A stretch of 64,000 nucleotides of DNA, taken from NCBI GenBank assembly GCA_965204725.1, contig OZ242005.1, forward strand, positions 3,744,001 through 3,808,000, read 5' to 3'. Source of the DNA: Candidatus Latescibacterota bacterium (GTDB lineage Bacteria > Latescibacterota > UBA2968 > UBA8231). A program made the position numbers and the translations under genes. Positions 27,485 to 39,669 of the stretch are shown here, piece by piece (positions within the stretch are counted from its first letter, which is position 1; every line of letters starts with the position of its first letter). A model generated the notes under the pieces. That model was given only the letters and a program-made list of their open reading frames with translations. It was not told the DNA's origin and ran no database searches.

Positions 27485-28480
27485 ATGATACCGCATAGAC
27501 TGGCTATCGTCGTGTGGTTCGTCTTGGTCCTGCTGGCGGGTCGTGCGGCTCAAGCCATCGACCATACCGACGACACACGCCCCTACTGGACAGGTCGGAT
27601 CGAACAGGATACCACGTGGCGCGATACGGTGTACGTCGGCGGCGACGTGACGATTGCAGCAGCCGCGACGCTGACGCTGGCTCCCAATACGAAGGTTCTC
27701 TTTCTACCTTATCACGATGCGACCCAAGGCGGCTTAGACTCGACCCGTGCGGAACTGATCGTCGAAGGGCGGCTTCATGCCCAAGCCGGTAGCATCGTCT
27801 TTCGTTCAGCGGATGCGGGTTCGTTGGGAGCGGATTGGTATGGCCTTGTCGTTGAGCGGGGTGGGCAAGCTGACTTATCCAACGCTACGATACGCGATGG
27901 CTTGCGCTGTGTGTATGCCAAGCGGAGTGGGCGCGTCACGATGGACGCTATCTCCTTTGCCAACTGTGGGAAGCCGACCGCGCCAGAGGATACCGCTGGC
28001 CTTTCGATAAGTAGGAGGAGTGCCCAACCGCGGCCCGCTCTCAACGTGGCAGTAGAAAACCCAGTCATTCGGGTTGCTAAAAAGTTGGGGGCCGGTGTTC
28101 TTGGGGGCAGCCTTGGCGTTCTAGTAGTGTTTGTCATCGGAGAGAGTGCCGACTCCGACTCCGACCCAATCGCTGCTGCTGCTGCTGGTCCTCATATTGC
28201 CCTTATCGGATACACGCTCGGCTCTCCGATTGGCATGAGTCGGGTTGATTCACGAGATAAAGGGATACTGACATGGGCTGGTAGCATAGCGGGATGGTTT
28301 GTCGGCAGAATGGCACTAGAACGCGATACTTCTTGGCCCTTCGCTCCTCTCATTGGTGCAACACTGGCGTCTGAACTATGGCGCAAGCCTCCTCAAGATA
28401 GTCAAAACAGCCGCGTCTCCGTCAATTTAGGACCGGCCCCCAACGGCGGCCTCTCCGCCGTTGCCACCTTACGCTTTTGA
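27485..28480 (+). CDS. Array member 2 (N-domain of member 1, C-domain type of member 3)
   Basis: First ~530 bp near-identical to member 1; last 111 bp near-identical to member 3. Confidence 0.72.
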   Translation: MIPHRLAIVVWFVLVLLAGRAAQAIDHTDDTRPYWTGRIEQDTTWRDTVYVGGDVTIAAAATLTLAPNTKVLFLPYHDATQGGLDSTRAELIVEGRLHAQAGSIVFRSADAGSLGADWYGLVVERGGQADLSNATIRDGLRCVYAKRSGRVTMDAISFANCGKPTAPEDTAGLSISRRSAQPRPALNVAVENPVIRVAKKLGAGVLGGSLGVLVVFVIGESADSDSDPIAAAAAGPHIALIGYTLGSPIGMSRVDSRDKGILTWAGSIAGWFVGRMALERDTSWPFAPLIGATLASELWRKPPQDSQNSRVSVNLGPAPNGGLSAVATLRF

Positions 28481-28485
28481 CCCTT

Positions 28486-29265
28486 ATGCCCATTGTGATC
28501 GCTGTACTTACCCTATTCGCTGCTCTCATGGCAGCGGAGGCCGATGCGGAAACAGAGCCAACAGAAATCACGATTCATATCCGCGGCGAGCACAAGGAAG
28601 TGGTTTCGGCTCTGTTGGAAGCTGCTGACGAGGGGACGCCAGTTACCGGAATCGCCGAGTTGGATTCTCTGGCGGCTACATACGGCCTGATTGGGATATA
28701 TCGTACGAATAGGAGATCGTCTGGCTTTTATGGGTATCGTTTTCGGTTGACGTTTCCGCCGGGTGCGGATGTGGCCGTCATGGCCAAAGCCTATCGGAAC
28801 TATACAGAGAAAATGGACACCCAACGTTCCATGCGGGTTGATCGAGTAGAAAATCCAGTCATTCGGATTGCTAAAAAGTTGGGGGGCGGTGTTCTTGGGG
28901 GTATCCTTTCCGCGGGACTGTTTGCGGTCTTACCTTCCAGCGACGACCCATTCGTTGAAATTAATGCTTCTTTTGAGATGGCTCTTCTCGGAGAGATGGT
29001 CGGAACTGCGGTTTGCGTCAGTTGGGTCGATCCACGGGATAGATGGATGCTGACATGGGGTGGCAGTGTAGCGGGATGGTTGATCGGCAGAATGGGAGTA
29101 AAACGGGACTATTGGCCCTTAATATACAGCCCTATTGCTGGTGCAATCATTGGGTCTGAACTATGGCGCAAGCCTCCTCAAGATAGTCAAAACAGCCGCG
29201 TCTCCGTCAATTTAGGACCGGCCCCCAACGGCGGCCTCTCTGCCGTTGCCACGTTGCGCTTTTGA
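28486..29265 (+). CDS. Array member 3 (subtilase-propeptide-like N-domain plus Gly-rich C-domain)
   Basis: Signal peptide; TGIAELDSLAATYG...YRFRLTFPPGADV; ends LRF. Confidence 0.65.
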   Translation: MPIVIAVLTLFAALMAAEADAETEPTEITIHIRGEHKEVVSALLEAADEGTPVTGIAELDSLAATYGLIGIYRTNRRSSGFYGYRFRLTFPPGADVAVMAKAYRNYTEKMDTQRSMRVDRVENPVIRIAKKLGGGVLGGILSAGLFAVLPSSDDPFVEINASFEMALLGEMVGTAVCVSWVDPRDRWMLTWGGSVAGWLIGRMGVKRDYWPLIYSPIAGAIIGSELWRKPPQDSQNSRVSVNLGPAPNGGLSAVATLRF

Positions 29266-29374
29266 CCTTGTAACCTTACTACACGACACCAGCCGCTAGC
29301 CTGCCAAGGATCGAGGACGGGACGCAGTGGGAACCGCGAAAAGGGCCTAAGCAAAGTAAGTGTCGCGTACTTAG

Positions 29375-29421
29375 GACTGCGGGCATTGCGCACAAGTAGC
29401 GCAATGCCCGTAGCCGTTTTT
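29375..29421 (+). terminator. Rho-independent terminator
   Basis: CTGCGGGCATTGCGC / GCGCAATGCCCGTAG stem followed by GTTTTT, between convergent genes. Confidence 0.7.
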
Positions 29422-29445
29422 GGCCCGCCTAACGCACCAAGCGGC

Positions 29446-31755
29446 TCAGTAGCTCAAACCGATGCTGCGGATTAGGGTGCGGGTGAGCGAGTCGCCAGCG
29501 ACCCGCAAGCGGAGGAGGTAGAGGCCGGGCCGGGCCATAGCACCGGAGTTTCGGCGGCCGTCCCACGTTAGCTGGTAGTGGCCGGCCACGCCGCTGGCGT
29601 CTCGCAGAGTGCGGACGAGGCGACCGCGCAGGTCAAAGATGCGGGCGTCAATCGGGCGGGCGTCGATGACCTTGAGCACGTCAAAAGAGATGACGAGCGC
29701 GTCGTTTATGCCGTCGCCGTTGGGCGTAAAAATCCCGTTGCCGATGTCGAGGTGGGCGAGCAGGCCCTCGTTGATGGGCAGAGCAACGACATCGCCGCTG
29801 CCCGCTAGATCCGGGACGGCGTCGCCCGGGTCAACCTGCTGACGCAGGGTATCAGGCCCGCTTACGCGCTCTAAGAAAGCGCGAAAGCGGGTATTGTTTT
29901 GAAACACGGTAGCGGCGAAACCCAGCTCCACGCGCTCGGCCACGGCGACCGGTGCGGGCAAGTGCAAGCGGAAGCCCGCATCCGTCTTTTTTATCTCGGC
30001 GTTGACTGACGCGCCGTCGATTTGCAGGGCGCGGAACGCGAGGGGAACCGAGGCTTCGAGGGCGATCGCGGCAAAGCCTTGACTGTCGCGGGCGAATTCT
30101 GGGCGGAGGAAGTACGTGAAGTCGGTTTGCTCCCCCGGCTCCACGCGCGTCGGGTGGACTTCGCCTACGGCGGTACGGGCCAAAGGACGGGAGTAGTTCA
30201 AGATAAGCGCGTCGAGGGCAATGCCGGCCTGCGGATTGTCGGCGTGCAGTTCGGCTTCGAGTTGCACGTAGCGCCGGGGCGAAGGCGAGCGGAAGCGGGT
30301 GCCGGCTTGGATGTACTCCTCGCTCCACACGCTCCAGCCATCGCCCGGTTGAAGCGTGGTTTCGATGGGGCCGCGGAACGAGGCGATCAGCTTTTCGTAA
30401 CGCCTTTTGGACACCTCTTTGCCGTTTTTGTCAAAGTAGCGCATCTCCTCAACGACGTGGTCGCCGGTGCGGCTACGCAAGGCGAATTGAGCACCGAGCG
30501 GCGCGTCAATTTCCCAGTCAATCGCAGTAATGTTCCAATTGGTGCCGAGGTCGATAACGGGCGAGCGAAGGACGACGCGGGCCGGGTATCCCTCACCGTA
30601 AACTTGGAACTCACTGACTAGACCCAATCCGTCCAAGCGGCCGGTGTTGTCGAAAGCGTTGCCCGACAGGCCGCCGCCGATGATGTAGCCGCCTTGGCTC
30701 GTGGGATAGATCAAACGCAGATAGCGGGCGGCGATTAGGGGGACATCGTGGCGAAAATTGCGGACATCGAAGAGGTTGCGGGGGTCGAGGGGAATGGAGG
30801 CCAATGCCTGCCAAGCCAGCGAACCGTCGGGGGCCAGCGAGCCATCGGAGTACTGCATCTGATAGGCGAGGAAGTTGGCGTAGGACTGCCGCAGCCGTGG
30901 CGGAATGCCCAACGGCTCACCCAAGAGCCAGACCGAATCGATCCAATAGGTCGCTCCCAGATCAATGCGGTAGTCGCCGAAGGTCTCGCTGCCGCCGCTG
31001 GAGCCTTTGGCGAGGGGGTTGACGCGCCACATGGTCGAAACATTGCCGTCGAACATGACGGAAGGGATGCCGGCCACGGCGACAATGGCCGCTTCAACAT
31101 CAACGGTGCCGCCTTTGGCAATCAAGTCAAAGGCGATATTGTCGCCAAAGGCCCTGACTTGGATTTCGGCAAGCGCGGGTGCCCCAGCCACTTCGCGCGT
31201 GGCCTCGATGCGGAGAACTTGAACGAATTCGTCGTCGAGGTCGATCGTCACATCATGCGCCTCGTTGAAGGCGAAGTGCCTGCTGTGGCTGTAGATTAGG
31301 GTCCCTTCGACGACGACATTGGCACTGTTGATAAAGCGCTCGCCCTTGGAGAGTGAAACATTAAAAAAGGGCAGGGGCGGCGCACCGGGGGCGAAGCGCA
31401 AGCGAATCTGCTGGACCGGAAAGACTTGTCCCAAGTCGATCTCGATCCACCAGTCCTTTGGGGCCGTGCCCGGAGGTGGATTCCAGCTTGTGGCAAGGTC
31501 GCCGTCAAAGGCTTGGGCAGCAGTAGATTGTGCCGCTCCGACCCCGCGAATGGCAGCCTCGGAGAGCGGGTCAATGCCCTTGCCGATTCGCACTGGCCGC
31601 ACCGAGCCTGCTTCGTCTAGGCGCAGGGCACCGGGGGGATAGACCCAGTGTTCCCATATATCCTCCGAGGTCATAACTAGGCGCTCGGCACGCATGGGGC
31701 TGCTGAACGGCACGATCATGCACAGTGCTAAGGGCAAGAGGCGGAATGGCGACAA
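29446..31755 (-). CDS. Secreted protein with discoidin-like domains and C-terminal FlgD-Ig domain
   Basis: AFDGDLATSW, IDLG (several), FTPNGDGIND, IFDLRGRLVRTL, WDGR...PGLY. Confidence 0.75.
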   Translation of the reverse strand: MSPFRLLPLALCMIVPFSSPMRAERLVMTSEDIWEHWVYPPGALRLDEAGSVRPVRIGKGIDPLSEAAIRGVGAAQSTAAQAFDGDLATSWNPPPGTAPKDWWIEIDLGQVFPVQQIRLRFAPGAPPLPFFNVSLSKGERFINSANVVVEGTLIYSHSRHFAFNEAHDVTIDLDDEFVQVLRIEATREVAGAPALAEIQVRAFGDNIAFDLIAKGGTVDVEAAIVAVAGIPSVMFDGNVSTMWRVNPLAKGSSGGSETFGDYRIDLGATYWIDSVWLLGEPLGIPPRLRQSYANFLAYQMQYSDGSLAPDGSLAWQALASIPLDPRNLFDVRNFRHDVPLIAARYLRLIYPTSQGGYIIGGGLSGNAFDNTGRLDGLGLVSEFQVYGEGYPARVVLRSPVIDLGTNWNITAIDWEIDAPLGAQFALRSRTGDHVVEEMRYFDKNGKEVSKRRYEKLIASFRGPIETTLQPGDGWSVWSEEYIQAGTRFRSPSPRRYVQLEAELHADNPQAGIALDALILNYSRPLARTAVGEVHPTRVEPGEQTDFTYFLRPEFARDSQGFAAIALEASVPLAFRALQIDGASVNAEIKKTDAGFRLHLPAPVAVAERVELGFAATVFQNNTRFRAFLERVSGPDTLRQQVDPGDAVPDLAGSGDVVALPINEGLLAHLDIGNGIFTPNGDGINDALVISFDVLKVIDARPIDARIFDLRGRLVRTLRDASGVAGHYQLTWDGRRNSGAMARPGLYLLRLRVAGDSLTRTLIRSIGLSY

Positions 31756-31859
31756 GAGCGATCCGTTGTTTTTTTAAGGGAGAAGCGCCGCTTAATCGGC
31801 GAATATAAAATATAAGGTTGCCGAAAGATATATCGGCTTTGTCGCGGGCGAAAACACCC

Positions 31860-32612
31860 ATGTTTAAGCGCAACAACATTACTTTAATCATCGTTCCAGA
31901 AAAGGGTCGCAAGACCTTTGAGTTTAAGATCTCCGGCACACTCGTGTGGTTGCTGGGGCTGTGTGGCGTCGCCTTGCTGGTGCTCTTGTCCTTTGGGCTT
32001 AGTTCCTATCTCGACATGCGCGAGACAGCGCAGAAGGCAGCACTCCTCGAACAGGACAATGCCCTGCTCGAAGAGCAAGTAGGGCAAATCGATCGGCTCG
32101 AAAAAATGCTGGTTCGGCTCAAGCGCGGCAACGACCGACTGCGCGCCATTTTAGGCAAGCCCGGGGCATTAGACGAGGAGGCCGCACAGCCCAGCGATGA
32201 TCCCCCTTATATCTCCTCCATGCAGCGGCTGAGTTGGGGACACGTACACACCGTCCCCACCTTGTGGCCGTTGCACGGGCCTGTGCTCAGGCCCTTTAGC
32301 GAGGAGCACCCCTCGGTTGTTATTGCGGCGACCGCGGGCAGCTTGGTAAGGGCCAGTGCCGCGGGCCAAGTGCTGCAAGCGGGCTACGACAAGGACCTCG
32401 GCTACGTGGTGATTCTCGACCACGGCAATGGTCTGCTGACCCAATACGGGTACAACGCTCGCCTGCTCGTCGATGTGGGGGACTATGTGCTCAAGGGGCA
32501 GTCCATCGCGCTCTTGGACGAGGGGCGTGGCTCCCGGAGGCCGGGACTACACTACGCCGTTCAAGAGGATGGGCAGTTCCGCGACCCCTTGCTCTATAGA
32601 TTGTGGATGTGA
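31860..32612 (+). CDS. Membrane-anchored coiled-coil M23-family protein, probably catalytically degenerate
   Basis: PTLWPLHG, ASAAGQV, DHGNG; HxxxD reads HPSVV and HxH reads GLH. Confidence 0.75.
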   Translation: MFKRNNITLIIVPEKGRKTFEFKISGTLVWLLGLCGVALLVLLSFGLSSYLDMRETAQKAALLEQDNALLEEQVGQIDRLEKMLVRLKRGNDRLRAILGKPGALDEEAAQPSDDPPYISSMQRLSWGHVHTVPTLWPLHGPVLRPFSEEHPSVVIAATAGSLVRASAAGQVLQAGYDKDLGYVVILDHGNGLLTQYGYNARLLVDVGDYVLKGQSIALLDEGRGSRRPGLHYAVQEDGQFRDPLLYRLWM

Positions 32613-32629
32613 AAAGAGAATAGGGAATA

Positions 32630-32666
32630 AAAAAGGCTCGCTGCTTCTTCGGCAGCGAGCCTTTTT
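32630..32666. terminator. Bidirectional rho-independent terminator
   Basis: AAAAAGGCTCGCTGC-TTCTTCG-GCAGCGAGCCTTTTT between the convergent M23 gene and groL. Confidence 0.88.
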
Positions 32667-32683
32667 CGTTTGCGACAGAAGGG

Positions 32684-34363
<1,680 letters not shown>

Positions 34364-34384
34364 TTATAGCCATTAAATAAGAAT

Positions 34385-34411
34385 CTGGCACTCAAAAAAA
34401 GAGAGTGCTAA
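34385..34411 (-). promoter_or_regulatory. CIRCE element (HrcA operator)
   Basis: TTAGCACTC-N9-GAGTGCCAG on the minus strand, 60 bp upstream of groL. Confidence 0.9.
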
Positions 34412-34570
34412 AAAGCAAAGCTGAATTGTTGAATATAGAAATCGCGCCCTTTTTGTGCAAGAATGACCTCTGCTTTTTGCTGGACGCACGATGGGGTGGC
34501 CTATTGAATCCGCATCGCCGCCGACAGATGCCCGGTCGCCGCAGCGGGTGTGGGCAGAGGCGTCGCTATA

Positions 34571-37500
34571 TCACTGAGCGACTACGACGACCTTGCTAGC
34601 TGAAGAGCAGTTGTTCTCGATGTCGCGCTCGCCGCTGACGGATTGTACACAGGCACCGTAGTAGTAGGTCCCCGGACTCGATGGTGCTGTCAGCCGGATC
34701 AATTTGAAAGTAGTACTTGGGGCGGCCGATCCGCTCACCGTGCTCGTGCCTACCTCGATGTCTTCGTTGGTGATAGTCGAGTCGTTAGAGCGATAGTAGC
34801 GCACCGTCGTCGGTGGTGCCGGTGCGTTGCCTCGGTTGTGAATCGCGACCGATAAAGTGAAGGACTGACTTGAGGCTAGGTTGGGCGGATTCACCGAAGG
34901 CGACGCGACCACTAGGTCTGGGGCGTCTGGGACGACGATTTCTAAGGCCAAGCCCACCGGGTCGCTCAATCCGGTGACGAGGTCTTCGATCCGCGTGCCG
35001 TCGAGGTTGGCCCGCCGGATATCTTTCGTGCCCGAGTCCGTCCAGTATATCTTGCCTCCGGCCCCATCGAGTGCCAAGCCTATTGTTGGATACCCCAATC
35101 CAGAGACGACCACGTCTTCGACTTGGGATCCGTCAAGGTTGGCTCGCTGCATTCTGAGTGTGCCCGAGTCCGTCCAGTATATCTTGCCTCCGGCTACATC
35201 AAGTGCTAAGGCCCGCGGACTGTTCAATGATGGGGTGACGAGGTCTTCAAACTGCGAGCCGTCCAAGTTCGTCCGTCCAATCCTAGATCTCCCGGTGTCC
35301 GTCCAGTACATCTTGCCTGCAGTCAAGTCCAGCGCAAGGCCTGCCGGAGTGCCCACTTCGGTTAGGAGATCTTCGACTTGGGAGCCATCAAGGTTGGCCC
35401 GCGAAATCCTGCCCTCGTCCCAGTCCTCGTCTGTCCAGTATATTTTGCCCCCGGCCACATCCAAGGCCAAGTTTCTTGGAACGAACAATCCGGTGGTAAC
35501 GAGGTCTTCGACTTGGGAGCCATCGAGATTCGCCCGCTGAATTTTGTCCGTTCCTGCATCTATCCAGTACATCTTGCCCCCGGCCACATCGAGAGCCAAG
35601 CCGCTTGGATAATCCAACCCGGTAGTGACGAGGTCTTCGACTTGGGAGCCATCGAGATTCGCCCGCTGAATTTTGTCCGTTTCCCAATCCGTCCAGTACA
35701 TCCTGCCCCGGCTTTCGGGTATAGGGACCGTCACCTTCACCGTGAAGGTCTGCGTGGTGGTCGCGTCGCTGGCATCACTCGCCATTACCGCTACTGTGGC
35801 GACGCCAAGTGTTACAGGACTGATCGTTAGCTGGCGGCCGGACACGCTCACTGTCGCCACGCCGGGGGCGTTGGACTCCGCCTCATAGGTAACCTCATCC
35901 CCTTCGGGATCGCGGGCGACCAAGTCAACGCGAAGGAGTTCTCCCTCCGCAACGCTCTGCTTGCCGATGCCGTCTAGTACCGGCGGACGATTCACTTTGA
36001 TTTCCGGCATGTCGGCCAAGTCTAGGGCTAAGCCAGATGGAGTTTCCAATCCGGTGGCTAGTAGGTCTTCGACTTGGGAGCCATCGAGATTCGCCCGCGA
36101 AATCCTGCCCTCGTCCCAGTCCTCGTCTGTCCAGTATATCTTGCCCCCGGCCACATCCAAGGCCAAGTTTCTTGGATCGAACGATCCGGTGATGACGAGG
36201 TCTTCGACTTGAGATCCGTTGAGGTTAGCCCGCTGAATTTTGCCCAGATCAGCCCAGTACATCTTGCCTCCGGCCAAGTCTAGGGCCAGGCCAGATGGAA
36301 AGTCCAATCTGGTGGTTACGAGTGCTTCGACCCGGGATCCGTCCAAGTTCGCCCGCTGAATCTTCTCAGTGCCCCAGTCCGTCCAGTACATTTTGCCTCC
36401 GGCGACGTCCAAGGCTAGGCCATCTATCTGAAATAATCCGGTAGTGACGAGGTCTTCGATTTGGGACCCGTCGAGATTCGCCCGCTGAATTTTTTGTCTC
36501 GGCCAAGCCGCGTCCGTCCAGTACATCTTGCCTCCGGTGATGTCCAGAGCTAGGCTCCAGATATCGCCCAGCCCAGTGACGAGGTCTTCCACTTGGGACC
36601 CGTCCAAGTTCGCCCGCTGAATCCTGTTGGTGCCCCGATCCGTCCAGTACATCTTGCCCTCGTCTAAATCCAAAGCGAGATCTGTCGGTTGCTCCAACCC
36701 GGTGGTGACGAGGTCTTCGATTTGGGACCCGTCAAGATTCGCCCGCTGAACTTTAGCCTCCCTCCGATCCACCCAGTACATTTTGCCCTCGGCGACCACG
36801 CTACTTGGGGTGCCGATTCCCGGCGGCAGCGAGGGGTCGGTCGGATTGACGCTATAGGTGGCGATGAGATAAGCGTCGGTGATGTCGATGCGACCGTCGC
36901 GATTCACATCGCCTAGTGAAGATGTCTCCGTCGTTTGGGATGGTGATTGAGGCATCGAGGCTGTACAATCCCACCAGTAGCGCGTCAAAGATGTCAACTT
37001 GGCCATTGGCATCTACATCGCCCCAGATCCTGTCACTCGTGGTCTCCTTCATCGCGGCTAGGCCAGTGGTGCTGGTGTGCGCTTCGACCACGATCTCCAC
37101 TGGCCCGCCGCTAGCTCGGAAGGCTGGGTCTATATGGGTGACCACATCGAGTCCCGAGACGGTCAGCCCGTAAGTCGGCTCGGATGCCGCCAAGTTCGCC
37201 GGAGGCTCAGCGGCAGTCGCCGCTCCCGGAGCATGGACCGGCCCATCAATGAGCACCATCCTCCGGGTCTCACTCGGCCCAGTCCCACGGATGCGATAGA
37301 GATACAGGCCCGCTGCTACAGCGCGACCGGCTGCATCTGTGCCGTGCCAAGTCGCCGTGTGCCAGCCGGCTGGCTGTTCCCGATCGACTAAGGTCGCGAT
37401 GTGCTGCCCAAGTACATTGAAGACCTCAAGCCGTACGTGCGTCGGTGCCGAAAGCTGATAGGGGATAATTGTGGAAGGATTGAATGGATTGGGATAGTTC

Positions 37501-37778
37501 TGTAGTAGCGCGAAGTCTTGAGGGCGGGCATCGGCTAAGCGGGGAGCGGCCAGCGCGAAGTACCCTTCTGCATCCGCCGTGGTGCCGACCGAGCGGCGCG
37601 GATCGGTCTGGTCGAAAAGCCGCACCTGTACTCCGGCCGCCGGCTGCCCAGAGGCCAGCCGCACCCAGCCCTCAAGCCGCGGCTCGGGTTCCACCGCTCC
37701 GCTCCTTCCGCTCAATAACACCAGCCCGAGGAGACCTCCAGTCCCCAATTTCACAGCTTGCTGTCTCCATGCGCTCAT
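34571..37778 (-). pseudogene. Frameshifted secreted protein: FlgD-Ig, dockerin-like pair, two six-bladed YWTD (LDL-receptor class B) propellers, Ig-like domain, CARDB-like domain
   Basis: NYPNPFNPST; GDVDANG/GDVNRDG; 12 x (K/R)(M/I)YW.D; one extra base near 36917-36922 joins ORFs 36852-37838 and 34571-37012; AAGGAG before ATG 37778. Confidence 0.78.
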
Positions 37779-37928
37779 AGCTTCTAGCTCCTTGTTATCG
37801 GCAACCAAAGAAAGATAGAACTTGACGCCGGTTGCCACCTCTGGTCAAACCGATGCCTTTTTGAGATGGTAAAGGCCGACGCTGAGACCGCGACTCAGCA
37901 GGGAGTGGTGCAGGTAGTGCCCTAAATG

Positions 37929-38135
37929 CTAATCGAGCAAGCTCTGAAGTTCGAGCGGCAAGCCTTGGCGCAATGAGTCGGGAAAGTTGTCGCGGTACTT
38001 GGTGTCGATATGGGCACGAACTGCGGCCGTAGTGTCGCGGTCGAGATAATCGGGAAACACGGTGTACCCTCGGCTGTCTAGTTCCTGCAACCGAGTGCTG
38101 AGATTGGCCAATTCGGGATAGGTCTTATTCGCCAT
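37929..38135 (-). pseudogene. Truncated PhyH-like N-terminus
   Basis: ELDSRGYTVFPDYL matches PhyH starts, but the ORF is only 68 aa and has no HxD. Confidence 0.5.
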
Positions 38136-38212
38136 GGTCGAATTTTCCCTACGTTCTCAGGAACATTGGCACTATTCTTAGCATGTCCTCAGTCGTGCTG
38201 TAGAAATCAAAC

Positions 38213-38608
38213 TTACAGGTGGTTGGCGTTTGGAAGGCCCGCCATTTTGCGATCCAGCGTCAAGGTCTCTAGCTCGGCTCGCGTATAGTCGTTGACGATT
38301 AAGCGGTCAAGGAGACCCGGGCCAGTATTGGATGCGAGCGCGGCCAGTACGGTGTAGCCATTAAGCGGTGCGATCAGTCCGCTTTGCAGCACTTGGCCCA
38401 ATGCACTCCGTACCTCCGTTTTCGAGACTCCGTAGTGATGCTGCACGGCAATGTAGGCTTCGCCAATGACTTGGTTGGATGCAAAAATCTCTGCGCCTTC
38501 TTCAGCCAACGCAGTGAGTCGCCGTACACAACGAACAAACTCCGGTTCAGGGTCTCCGGTGAGCAGGCGGACCAATATCGAAGTGTCAATCCCGAAGCGT
38601 TGGGTCAT
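38213..38608 (-). CDS. PIN-domain (VapC) toxin
   Basis: IDTSILVRLL, E in helix 2, GLLDRLI, TLDRK. Confidence 0.85.
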   Translation of the reverse strand: MTQRFGIDTSILVRLLTGDPEPEFVRCVRRLTALAEEGAEIFASNQVIGEAYIAVQHHYGVSKTEVRSALGQVLQSGLIAPLNGYTVLAALASNTGPGLLDRLIVNDYTRAELETLTLDRKMAGLPNANHL

Positions 38609-38828
38609 AGGATTGGTCTCGAAAGGACTGGAGATCGAACATCCCCCTGCCACGCACTAGCTTATCTTTGAGGGGGGCGAGGCGTGTGGGATCAATTCGC
38701 TGGGGCCGCAGTATGAATCCATCCGGGCCTTCCTCTAGGGAGAGCCGATCGCCCGGCCCTACTCCTAGCGCGTCCAATACTCTGGCAGGGAAGGTGACTT
38801 GGTGCTTGGAGGTAATTTTGATTAGCAT
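38586..38828 (-). CDS. AbrB/MazE/SpoVT family antitoxin
   Basis: KITSKHQVTFP...LGVGPGDRL; overlaps the PIN gene. Confidence 0.85.
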   Translation of the reverse strand: MLIKITSKHQVTFPARVLDALGVGPGDRLSLEEGPDGFILRPQRIDPTRLAPLKDKLVRGRGMFDLQSFRDQSYDPTLRD

Positions 38829-38883
38829 GAGTGGTTCCTTTGGGAAAAAAGATACATCGTGAAAGGTAACTTGGACAAGGTAC

Positions 38884-39570
38884 TTGAATAGGTCGAACGA
38901 AACGCACGTTTGCCGAGTCGGGCGGATCGATTTTGCTCGGGCTTGGGCTTGGCAAGAGTCGCTGCGCCAGTTGCGGCGCGCCGAGCAAATTCCAGATACG
39001 CTCATGCTGGTTGAACACCCGCCAACCTATACGGGCGGCAGGGCGACGCTGCCCGAGCATCTCCTAACCAAAGGGCTAGATGTGGTCGCGATTGACCGCG
39101 GGGGCAGCGTGACGTTTCACGGGCCGGGCCAGATTGTGGCCTATCCAATCGTCGATCTACGCCAGCGCGGTCGGGATGTACATCAATACTTGCGCGATCT
39201 GGAGACCGTGCTAATCCGCACGTTGGACGCCTGTGGCTTGGCGGGAGAGGCGCGGCGCGGCTTGACCGGTGCTTGGGTCGGCTCGTCCAAAGTGGCGTCG
39301 ATAGGCGTCAACGTGCGGCACTGGATCACGGTACACGGCTTGGCCCTGAATGTGGCTACCGATTTGAGCTACTTTGCGGCAATCAAGCCCTGCGGCTTAG
39401 GGAGCGAGGAGATGACTACGATGACCGCGCTTTTAGGGCGTGGGTTGGACCGGAGCGAAGTCGAGTCTGAACTCCTGTGCGCCTATGCCGATGTATTCGC
39501 CTGCGAGTTGGTCGAGGTTGAGCGCAGTGCTTTAGCGGCTCGCATTGGCCGTCTCGAGCGAAATCCTTAG
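38884..39570 (+). CDS. lipB: Lipoyl(octanoyl) transferase
   Basis: EHPPTYT, DRGGSVTFHGPGQ, KVASIG, HGLALN, PCG. Confidence 0.93.
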   Translation: MNRSNETHVCRVGRIDFARAWAWQESLRQLRRAEQIPDTLMLVEHPPTYTGGRATLPEHLLTKGLDVVAIDRGGSVTFHGPGQIVAYPIVDLRQRGRDVHQYLRDLETVLIRTLDACGLAGEARRGLTGAWVGSSKVASIGVNVRHWITVHGLALNVATDLSYFAAIKPCGLGSEEMTTMTALLGRGLDRSEVESELLCAYADVFACELVEVERSALAARIGRLERNP

Positions 39571-39669
39571 ATTCAAAAGCCGCGGCACATAGGCCCCGAG
39601 CACCGCGGTCAAACTGAGCCGATTGTTCCTTTTATCCCTTAAATACAAAGAACGAGGAGTCTTATCATT

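Noticed and set aside
26215-29265. Diversity-generating retroelement explanation for the paralogue array
   Set aside because: No reverse transcriptase in the window; differences are not adenine-specific and all repeats lie inside ORFs
34940-36790. ~130-bp periodic DNA repeats as a non-coding array
   Set aside because: They are the in-frame YWTD coding repeats
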